Positions 19,771 to 27,316 are shown, counted from the stretch's first letter. The stretch: DNA of 64,000 nt from Arenicellales bacterium (GCA_050256425.1 JBBWVW010000086.1:1015-65014), one strand, 5' to 3'. Notes: generated by a model from the sequence alone, not told the origin. Made by a program: numbers and translations.

Positions 19771-19877
19771 ACTGGCCAAGCAAACTTATAACTAAAGCGT
19801 TAAAAACCTCAACAAGCAGTGTTCCTGAAAATCTACTATTCAGCCAGATCAGATGACCTTTGGGCTTGGTAGAGAAA

Positions 19878-20606
19878 TCAGCTCTCGCTTTGGATATGCC
19901 GCCTCACTGCCCAGCCCGAAAAACCCCCAAGCACCAGCCATAAGATCAGACTGCTAAGGCCAGTGGCTAGCAGAAAATCTTTTGACAACTCGGAGAGTTG
20001 ATCAGCGATGGCTATCGGAAACCCTTCGTAGAGATTCTCCGCGTGCGGTGCACCGTATATATGTGGCGCGCACAGAAGAACAACCAACCCGAGCCACTTC
20101 CATGGGCTACTCAGTATGTAGGCCAGGTACATACCTGCCCCACTACAGATTACAGTCGCTGTCCACCACCATTGCCTTAGTTCTAACGCAGCACCGGAAA
20201 CCCCCGGGATTTCAGGAGAAATACCAAAAGAAGGAGCGGCAAAAAAGGCAATGAAGCCTCCAAGGCCCCAAATGATCCCGGAAGAGGCGCTGATTTCAGT
20301 ATTTTTCCCAAACTTCAGTGAGGCCGTAGCTATTAAAGCGACCAGGACAAGTGCAAATCCAACAGCAGTTAATACGTTCGATAAAATCGTAAACAGAGTT
20401 CGCTCGATTCCATCACTGGGTTCCCAGTCCTCATCATGCTGGCCATCAGCGACTTGCGCTGTGTCTCCGGCGCCGACTTTCAGGCTTTCAAATTTCTCAG
20501 CCTGAACAATGATCGGAATCACTTGCCAGCGCTGGGCCAGACTGAGGGCAATGCCCCCAATCAGCCCAGCGATAAGCGCTATAACGATCAGCCGGCGAAA
20601 CAGCAT
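19878..20606 (-). CDS. cbtA: Cobalt transporter subunit CbtA
   Basis: VIPIIVQAEKFE, WEPSDGIERT, APSFGISPEIPG, RQWWW and PHIYGAP. Start trimmed to ATG 20606. Confidence 0.88.
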   Translation of the reverse strand: MLFRRLIVIALIAGLIGGIALSLAQRWQVIPIIVQAEKFESLKVGAGDTAQVADGQHDEDWEPSDGIERTLFTILSNVLTAVGFALVLVALIATASLKFGKNTEISASSGIIWGLGGFIAFFAAPSFGISPEIPGVSGAALELRQWWWTATVICSGAGMYLAYILSSPWKWLGLVVLLCAPHIYGAPHAENLYEGFPIAIADQLSELSKDFLLATGLSSLILWLVLGGFSGWAVRRHIQSES

Positions 20607-20619
20607 AACCGCCGCGGCC

Positions 20620-20814
20620 TTAGTGGCAGGGGAAGCCTTGAGAATGGCGCATATCGTGCCCCGCATTGTGGACTGATGATGTCTGAACAAAAGCGGCGGC
20701 AAACAACACTGTGGCACCAAGGGCAAACGCGCAAACAAGCTGCAAGCCCTTGCTGGCAAGCATTGGCGCTACCTGTGGAACTTCAACAACGTTTTGGTTG
20801 ACATGATTTTGCAT
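20620..20814 (-). CDS. cbtB: Cobalt transporter subunit CbtB
   Basis: Single TM helix followed by HNAGHDMRHSQGFPCH. Confidence 0.9.
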   Translation of the reverse strand: MQNHVNQNVVEVPQVAPMLASKGLQLVCAFALGATVLFAAAFVQTSSVHNAGHDMRHSQGFPCH

Positions 20815-20888
20815 AACTAAATCTCCTGGATTAAATTTTTTGACCACTAATCTTTAACCACTTTAGATGGTATTTTCGTATCGTCCGT

Positions 20889-22292
20889 TTAGATGATAAA
20901 CACCTCTTCGCGTTCGAACGGATTATCACCCTTTGGCACACTTGGATCGTTTCTCCATTCCGGATTAGCCATTAAAGAATTCCTTATATAGTCGTACTGC
21001 ACCAAGTCATTGACGACGAACTCTGGATCTAAAGTATCCAAGAACGTTCTATCGCCAGTGACTACCGTTTCGTTTTTCAACTCGTTTACTACCAAGCGTG
21101 TCGCAGAGGGGTAAGGCCATGCTTGGAAATCAATCCGATTTTGACCCCATTCTGTATGACGGATAGCTGCAGGATTATTGTAGTACGCCGGGTCGTAGAA
21201 CAACATAGCGCGCTCGACCACCTTGCTGGGGAAGGGATAGTACTTCTTGCCCTCACGCGACAACATCTGGGCCATTTCCTTGCGGTTAGATCCGGTGTAC
21301 AACTGGGCTTTAACAATCGCGTTATGCACTCCTTGAGCCCACGCAGCATGTTCTGGATCCATACAATCATCTTCATGCATGACTACGACACAGCATGGGT
21401 GTCCTTTCCAGACGTCGCCAGTGAATCGAAGCACTTTGCCGCCTGCCTTGATTTCACCTAAGGCATTAAAGGGTTCCGCAACGCAATACCCATCTATTTT
21501 TTTGGCCGCCAAAGCTGGTGGCATATCGGGCGGTGCTAAGACCTGGTAATTACATTCGTTTGCCGCCAAAGCTGCATCTTGTGGTCGAATGACCGATGTA
21601 ATACCTGCCGCTTTCATGATTTTTTGAGAGACGATATTATGAATTGAGTACCAATATGGTACAGCGAATTGCTTACCGCCAAAATCTGCCGGCGTCTTAA
21701 TATCTGCGTTTACAACGATCGCCGATCCGTTACTGTGATCCCAGGCGGTGACCTTCACCGGATACTGATTGTTATACCTCATCCAAATTGGTATCGGGAT
21801 AAGCATATGGGTCAGATTAAATCGGTGTGCAGAGAAAGCCTCTACCAGTGGAGACCAACCTCTAATGAGGGTTGGACGCTTGGAGTCAATACCTTCTTCT
21901 TTGAAGAAGCCCAGTTCATGTGCGACCAGAAGTGCTGCTGCGTCCGTGATCGGTATGTAGCAAATATTGATAACTGGATCGAATTTTTTCTTACCGAATG
22001 CGGGAAGCCCTGTAAGCCCAGTACCAGCAAGTGCTGCGCCGGCCTGAAGGACCGAGCGGCGGCTGATTCCCGTTCCCATAAATCCGCCAAACAGTGGATC
22101 AGAATTTGTCTTTAGGTATGGATCATCAATTCCATCACCAAATTTCTTGGCATCGAGGGGCAGACCCTTTTCATCAATGGGACCACCATCGACAAACTGC
22201 GCTTCCTCTGGGTCTAATAACTCTTTCTTAATAGCCGTAGACTGCGCTTTTGCTGCTAGAAACTTCACCTCTTCCTGTGTTAGCTTAGACAT
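20889..22292 (-). CDS. ABC transporter substrate-binding protein (NrtA/CmpA/CynA-like)
   Basis: YIPITDAAALLVAHELGFF, AVPYWYSIHN, GYCVAEPFNA and HPCCVVV; internal TAT motif SRRSVLQ. Confidence 0.9.
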   Translation of the reverse strand: MSKLTQEEVKFLAAKAQSTAIKKELLDPEEAQFVDGGPIDEKGLPLDAKKFGDGIDDPYLKTNSDPLFGGFMGTGISRRSVLQAGAALAGTGLTGLPAFGKKKFDPVINICYIPITDAAALLVAHELGFFKEEGIDSKRPTLIRGWSPLVEAFSAHRFNLTHMLIPIPIWMRYNNQYPVKVTAWDHSNGSAIVVNADIKTPADFGGKQFAVPYWYSIHNIVSQKIMKAAGITSVIRPQDAALAANECNYQVLAPPDMPPALAAKKIDGYCVAEPFNALGEIKAGGKVLRFTGDVWKGHPCCVVVMHEDDCMDPEHAAWAQGVHNAIVKAQLYTGSNRKEMAQMLSREGKKYYPFPSKVVERAMLFYDPAYYNNPAAIRHTEWGQNRIDFQAWPYPSATRLVVNELKNETVVTGDRTFLDTLDPEFVVNDLVQYDYIRNSLMANPEWRNDPSVPKGDNPFEREEVFII

Positions 22293-22479
22293 ACCTTTCC
22301 TCCAGCGTTAGCCGTTTTCTATTTAAAGTTAAAGTCTAATTCCTTCCAGAACGTATACTCGTCTTCTTATTACATCTGTCTCTCGTATATAACCTCACTA
22401 ACTTCCAATTGATTGTGTGCGTCCAATAGTAACTTGCGTTTTGGTACTATCGAGCCCAGCTGGCCTGCTTGCATTTCGC

Positions 22480-22815
22480 TCAAACTGCGTTCAGTCGCGT
22501 TTCAATAACCTTCATTTGTTGCGCAAGATCTTCTTCCGTAATAACTCCCCGTAGAATCATGCTGTGAGCAAGTGCAAGAAGTTGACGCTCTGGATGTGGA
22601 ATGTGCTTATAGTGATCCTCTACCAGATCATCCTCTTCACCCCGTCGTTCTAGAACAGGCAGGGCACACGCCCCCTCGTTGAGAACTTCACAGGTACTTT
22701 CGAGTGTTATCCTCCAGGGAGGATCTGGATTATCAACGCCATACTCCTCGCATAGGTCGGCCCACACCCGTCCTTCCTTTCCAATCTGTTCCAGCAATGG
22801 AATTGGTTTAGACAT
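22480..22815 (-). CDS. Thiocyanate hydrolase activator/accessory protein (P15K-like)
   Basis: Directly after scnC. NHase-beta-like C-terminus HPERQLLALAHSMILRGVITEEDLAQQM. Confidence 0.7.
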   Translation of the reverse strand: MSKPIPLLEQIGKEGRVWADLCEEYGVDNPDPPWRITLESTCEVLNEGACALPVLERRGEEDDLVEDHYKHIPHPERQLLALAHSMILRGVITEEDLAQQMKVIETRLNAV

Positions 22816-22824
22816 TTTTCAGAC

Positions 22825-23535
22825 CTAATGACCGTAAGGATGTACTGCGCGGTGAATCGGCCGCGTGTCGTCCGCCTTTCGATCTGCGCGTGGCATTGCG
22901 ACACCGATCAAGCAATCCCGTGTCACGATCTCCGCTAGTTGATCTTCGCTCCACCCTTCAGTGCCTTCAGGGCGGGTTGGCATCACCACGTATCTGGTCT
23001 TCTGGTTGGAATCAGCGACCCTTATTTCGACATCCTCGGGCAACTGCAGGCCGAACTCTGCTAGGACTTGGCGCGGCCACCTGACCAGTCGGCGACGATA
23101 ATTAGGGGTTCTGTACCACTCAGGGGACTGACCCAGTATAGGTCTTGGGTAGCAAGAACAAAGCGTGCACACCACTACATGCTTAAGCGTTGGTGTATCC
23201 ACCAGAATCCGGGGGTTGCAATAGTCGCTCGGTGTCCCAAACTTGGTTGGCATCGTGTTAATCCAGTCAATGCCTACATCAAGACTCGCCTTTACAGGAT
23301 CGTCTATACATAGTTGCTTGTAATCTTCATCTAGCCACGCCTTTGCGACCAATCGACCCGCGGGAAGCGGCCCAAGGGTATGCATATACTCTGTCCACTG
23401 GTTATGGTCATCTTGAGTGAATAGCCCTTTTTCAATACAGAGTTCACGGACCGCTACCTCAAGTACTTCAAAGTCGCTGACCTCATCCACCATAGGCGCA
23501 GGTGGACGGTGATCGTGATCATGTGAGTTTGACAT
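22825..23535 (-). CDS. scnC: Thiocyanate hydrolase gamma subunit (cobalt-binding)
   Basis: VVCTLCSCYPRPILGQSPEWYR. Thr marks Co-type, and Arg after YP is SCNase-like (NHases have Trp). Closely resembles Thiobacillus thioparus ScnC as I recall it. Confidence 0.95.
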   Translation of the reverse strand: MSNSHDHDHRPPAPMVDEVSDFEVLEVAVRELCIEKGLFTQDDHNQWTEYMHTLGPLPAGRLVAKAWLDEDYKQLCIDDPVKASLDVGIDWINTMPTKFGTPSDYCNPRILVDTPTLKHVVVCTLCSCYPRPILGQSPEWYRTPNYRRRLVRWPRQVLAEFGLQLPEDVEIRVADSNQKTRYVVMPTRPEGTEGWSEDQLAEIVTRDCLIGVAMPRADRKADDTRPIHRAVHPYGH

Positions 23536-23612
23536 TATGTTTTCCTCTTTACGTCAGACGAGTTCTTTTTCGTTTTTTACTTTGTGATCGATAGTAAAAT
23601 TATCTAGGCCGA

Positions 23613-23966
23613 TCAAATAGCCTCTAACCATCTTTCAGATAGTTCGGTCTCGAGCGTATCCCCTGCAAATTTGGGGGGATAATCTGGCCATAGGTCAGTT
23701 TGATTGAACACTACACTGTAGAACCACTCTGGAGTGTCTGTGTTATCCCAAGCCTCGTCCTCGGCAGCAGGACTTTCGTAAACCAACTTGACGACTATTG
23801 CCTCTGCTTCGCGAAGGTACATCTGCGAACGGGAATAGAAGATATCTGGCAAGTTGCGGATGCGCACTTTATCGCCCACGTTAAACTTCGGCTTTCCTGC
23901 CTCTCCCTTGAAGCACTGAGGATCCCCAATGCCAGTTGCTTTCTCAGCGTGATGATTATTACTCAT
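23613..23966 (-). CDS. scnA: Thiocyanate hydrolase alpha subunit
   Basis: ATGIGDPQCFKG, KFNVGDKVRI, LVYESPAAEDEA and DTLETE. Confidence 0.93.
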   Translation of the reverse strand: MSNNHHAEKATGIGDPQCFKGEAGKPKFNVGDKVRIRNLPDIFYSRSQMYLREAEAIVVKLVYESPAAEDEAWDNTDTPEWFYSVVFNQTDLWPDYPPKFAGDTLETELSERWLEAI

Positions 23967-24393
23967 AAATCTCCCCTCGCTTCTTAACCTCGTCGATCTT
24001 ATTAACCAATTCGGTCAGGGTAATATGCTGCTTGTCGACCAGCACTAGCGCCGCTGTCATCAACCACCTGCCGTAATACGGTAGCCCGAGGTATTGGGTC
24101 TGCCCGACGTCCACGTTTTGCCGCCGCCTACGCTCTTCAGCGTTCCAAACGCCACGCCATGCTAATACCTCACAGGTGACAAAAGTATTGTGTTCCCAAA
24201 TCTCCTCTTCTTTTTCTTCCCACGTTATAGGAATGTCGGCCTCACCTCCAACATCATGGGAGGAGCGTGTGTAAGCGCGGTAATGCGCGTTATCAATTAG
24301 GTCGGGATAAGGGGCGTGCTGCGGCTGATGAAGCGCAGGCTGAAGCTGCGCAACAATATTTAGATGCCGCATGATATTTTCGCGAGTTGACAT
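23959..24393 (-). CDS. scnB: Thiocyanate hydrolase beta subunit
   Basis: QPALHQ, HDVGGEAD, EKEEEIWE, LAWRGVWNAEERRRRQN and YLGLPYYGRW. Start trimmed to ATG 24393; overlaps scnA by 8 nt. Confidence 0.93.
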   Translation of the reverse strand: MSTRENIMRHLNIVAQLQPALHQPQHAPYPDLIDNAHYRAYTRSSHDVGGEADIPITWEEKEEEIWEHNTFVTCEVLAWRGVWNAEERRRRQNVDVGQTQYLGLPYYGRWLMTAALVLVDKQHITLTELVNKIDEVKKRGEIYE

Positions 24394-24458
24394 ATCTGTT
24401 TTGCGTCTCCGAATTGGAATTCTCAGCTTAAAACTACTCCTTGATCGTCCTTTGTGCC

Positions 24459-24496
24459 AAGACATTCTGGTTATTGACTGTATAAGAAAAGTCTAT
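24459..24496 (-). promoter_or_regulatory. LysR-type operator copy 4 (diverged), facing scnB
   Basis: Minus strand ATAGA-ctttt-CTTAT-acagtc-AATAA-ccag-AATGTCTT with identical spacing, running into TTGGCA; TAGTTT lies 18 nt further on. Confidence 0.65.
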
Positions 24497-24852
24497 TTAA
24501 TTTCTCAGGCAATCTCCAAACCTCTAGGATCAATCCAGACATCTAAGATTGTATAGCTTATTAACCATATCTCAATCATGGTAAATAAGCTTTAGTCGCC
24601 TGTATTTTTGAATAGCTGGCCCAATAGCGGGCTCACGCAAGTGTTTTGAAGCAACACGGGCATCAAGCCCTTCACCTAACACGATGCCCACGAGCAAACC
24701 CGAAGCAACAGCCACCCAAAAAACCGAACAGCCAAAAGCTGTATTTCAGCCTTCAACGCACCGTAACGATATGATTAGATTAATGAGCCTGGGCTTTAAT
24801 GGCGTTTCCAACACCTTGTCGCAAACTTGAACCTATTTCTTGCTACGGATTT

Positions 24853-25035
24853 TTAGGAAACTGAAGACATCTTATTCTTCCTTTTCTCAAGTTCCTTTAG
24901 CAGCGTAGTTTTCGCATAAGGCTTAAGAGCCTTCCATTTCTGACATTCCGCTTTAGTCCGCCCGCAGCCACGACACCAGCCTTTCGGTCCACCAAAATCG
25001 CAAACATCAATACACGGGCTTTTGTTGTGTTTCAC
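24853..25035 (-). CDS. DUF1289-domain small Cys-rich protein
   Basis: SPCIDVC...GWCRGCGRT..E...W pattern. Confidence 0.85.
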   Translation of the reverse strand: MKHNKSPCIDVCDFGGPKGWCRGCGRTKAECQKWKALKPYAKTTLLKELEKRKNKMSSVS

Positions 25036-25082
25036 AAATTCTTCGATCGCCGTCTATATCCCAATGATTACCAGTAATCAAA

Positions 25083-25526
25083 TCATTGTTGCAGGGTGCG
25101 TAAAATCCGATCAATCCCTGGCTCTAACTGGCGGAGCCGATTGAACTCTTCGTATAAACGATGTTCCAGATTCTTGAAATTTAAAGGAAGTACTCTTTGA
25201 CAAATACTATACCCATCGCCCATCACGTCATAACCTTTCCAACTTCGAATTTGTTCCCCTTCAGAATCTAGAAAGTCTCTAATAAAGGTCTGCTGCGACG
25301 GGCAATCCTCCTCCGCATGCATACAAATAGGGAAGACTTTTTGTCGAAGCTGTGGAGCTTCGATGTACGTTTCGAAATGCACCCCGCCCTGGCTCTCGTT
25401 GTACCAGGTGTCCTTATATAGTTGAAGGTACACGCCACGGTTGTATATCTCCCAACCATCCGCAAACCAGCTCGATTGCTCTAGTTTGCTCTGAAGATTA
25501 CGAAAAATAATTTTTAGATCTTTCAT
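25083..25526 (-). CDS. Hypothetical protein
   Basis: 147-aa ORF co-oriented between the PhzF-like and DUF1289 genes; no family recognised. Confidence 0.7.
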   Translation of the reverse strand: MKDLKIIFRNLQSKLEQSSWFADGWEIYNRGVYLQLYKDTWYNESQGGVHFETYIEAPQLRQKVFPICMHAEEDCPSQQTFIRDFLDSEGEQIRSWKGYDVMGDGYSICQRVLPLNFKNLEHRLYEEFNRLRQLEPGIDRILRTLQQ

Positions 25527-25548
25527 TTCTATCGACCTCGAGCACTCT

Positions 25549-26337
25549 CTAGTAATCAATCAAATCGCCCGAGACCAGGGTACAGCAAGGGCCTGAGACC
25601 TGAACACCATCGCTTAGTAATTTACAAAACATATTCCCGCCCTGTGGAGACAGTTGCTGGGAAGTAAGCTCGCTCTTTGACAGATGCGATGCCCAATAAG
25701 GAACCAAGGAACACTGTGCGACACCAGACACCGGATCCTCTGGAACTCCATTTGCCGGAGCAAAGAACCTCAAAACATAATCTGTTTCCTCTCCAGGTGC
25801 AGTCGCCGCAATAGTTGGGAGATCCAACTCTTCAAGAGAGAGAAAATCGGGCTCCAGAGACTGGACATCAGTAGCTTTGTCGTAAACCGCTACATAATGC
25901 CTTCCTTTAAGGACTTGCCGTGGAGGTTTCCCCAGGCCCACGCACAAACTATCTGGCGGATCACAAGGTTTTACCGTATCGGCGGGCAAAACCATAGCCA
26001 AATTACCCGAATCCCGAAAAGCGGACAATCTCCCACTCAAACTTGAAACTAGGGTAACTTCGTCTCGCCGAGGTTCCAGTTCAGACAAGACAACGTGAGC
26101 TGCCGCCAGCGTGGCGTGCCCGACAAGGGGCAACTCTTTTGTTGGCGTAAACCAGCGAATTGAGTATTCGCCGCTGCCTCCACTGATAAATGCCGTCTCG
26201 GAGACATTGAACTCCTTCGCCAGCGCCTGTAATTGATCGTCGTGCAGTTCTTGTGAAATTACACAAACGACTGCCGGGTTTCCAGAATATGGCTTGGCGC
26301 TAAAGGCATCCACCCAGTACATCCGATTACTTGTCAT
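25549..26337 (-). CDS. PhzF-family isomerase/epimerase-like protein
   Basis: VDAFSAKPYSGNPA, SETAF, RWFTP.KELPLVGHATLA, RFFAP and EDPVSG. Confidence 0.88.
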   Translation of the reverse strand: MTSNRMYWVDAFSAKPYSGNPAVVCVISQELHDDQLQALAKEFNVSETAFISGGSGEYSIRWFTPTKELPLVGHATLAAAHVVLSELEPRRDEVTLVSSLSGRLSAFRDSGNLAMVLPADTVKPCDPPDSLCVGLGKPPRQVLKGRHYVAVYDKATDVQSLEPDFLSLEELDLPTIAATAPGEETDYVLRFFAPANGVPEDPVSGVAQCSLVPYWASHLSKSELTSQQLSPQGGNMFCKLLSDGVQVSGPCCTLVSGDLIDY

Positions 26338-26728
26338 TTGATCACCCACTAGCTCCTTTTACTTCGAATCAATCTTGGCATATTTATTTAATAATATGAC
26401 GAGCATCCAGTACTAATTCAATCGCTGCTGAAAAAGTTGCATAGCCGAGCATTATGGCAAACAACGCGCAATGAACTAGGCCTGCGACGATGCTTGCATA
26501 CTTTTGTTAATTTTCTCGTTGGAGAATTCAGTGAAACATCGATTTGTTGCTGCGTTTGAGGTAGCAATTCGGCGAAGAGCCGTCATGGAAGAAATAAGAT
26601 TTGATAAAACCCCTAGATCATCGATTGGCTGTCAAATGCTCACTCTATGATGGAACTACCAGCCCTGGTCGCGGTGACTGGGCTGATCAACATGTCGTTT
26701 TGCTGGCGACAACGGGCGCGTGGCGCCC

Positions 26729-27316
26729 TCAGGCTGAAACGCGCAGCAGGTCTTCCTTGTGATCAACATCGCGCAGCACGGCATCATCTGCCATAGGCAC
26801 CTCGACCACGGCATGGGCAAGGTTGTCGAAAAGACAACGCGCGATATCGTCACCGTTGAGCTGCATTAATGCACCGAACCACCCGCGCGGAAACAGTACC
26901 GGGTGACCCCGACGACTGCCAAAACAGGCGACCCGGACAGCATCTGCCGAAAAGCCCGCAAGCAAACGATTGATGTGTCCTGCGCTTACCCATGGCATGT
27001 CGGCCAGACACAGCACCATACCATCGAGATCCGCGGGCAATTGTGATACCCCGGCACTGATTGATGCACCCATGCCGTCGCAGTAGTGTGGGTTATATAT
27101 CCAGTTAAGCGAGCGGCCGGTGAGTGCATCGCGCAACGGGGCCTGTTCGTGCCCGGTGACCACGTGCACGGTACCGACTTTGGAACCAAGGGCCGCATCA
27201 ACAGCGTGAGCCGCAACCGCCTTGCCCTGCCAAGGCAACAATAACTTGTTGGGGCCTCCCGCACGCAGCGAGCGGCCCGCCGCCAGCACCAGTGCATCAA
27301 TCCGTGGTGGCAACAT
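26729..27316 (-). CDS. mocA: MocA-like molybdenum cofactor cytidylyltransferase (NTP transferase)
   Basis: LVLAAGRSLR..PNKLLL, NPHYCDGMGASI, LADMP, RGHPVLF and DVD. Confidence 0.75.
   Translation of the reverse strand: MLPPRIDALVLAAGRSLRAGGPNKLLLPWQGKAVAAHAVDAALGSKVGTVHVVTGHEQAPLRDALTGRSLNWIYNPHYCDGMGASISAGVSQLPADLDGMVLCLADMPWVSAGHINRLLAGFSADAVRVACFGSRRGHPVLFPRGWFGALMQLNGDDIARCLFDNLAHAVVEVPMADDAVLRDVDHKEDLLRVSA

Larger units (their letters stand above)
9100..26700. mobile_element. Putative horizontally acquired low-GC island (thiocyanate/cyanate utilisation); boundaries approximate
   Basis: Composition shifts to visibly AT-richer sequence between the RRM gene and mocA. No integrase, transposase, tRNA or flanking direct repeat was found. 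Confidence 0.65.

Noticed and set aside
16469-19777. Transposon terminal inverted repeats
   Set aside because: No transposase and no target-site duplication (flanks cgccta vs aagcaa). The core recurs at two other promoters, so a duplicated promoter is the better explanation.
20815-20889. Cobalamin riboswitch before cbtB
   Set aside because: Only about 74 nt are available and no B12-box-like sequence is visible.
22825-24393. Nitrile hydratase assignment
   Set aside because: Three-subunit split (beta, alpha, gamma), Arg after CSCYP and the EERRRR beta motif fit thiocyanate hydrolase, not NHase.
24570-24760. Hydrophobic reading frame between scnB and DUF1289
   Set aside because: No convincing start or SD, and it overlaps regulatory dyads; probably non-coding.
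25549-26337. Phenazine biosynthesis
   Set aside because: A lone PhzF-family gene with no phzA/B/D/E/G.
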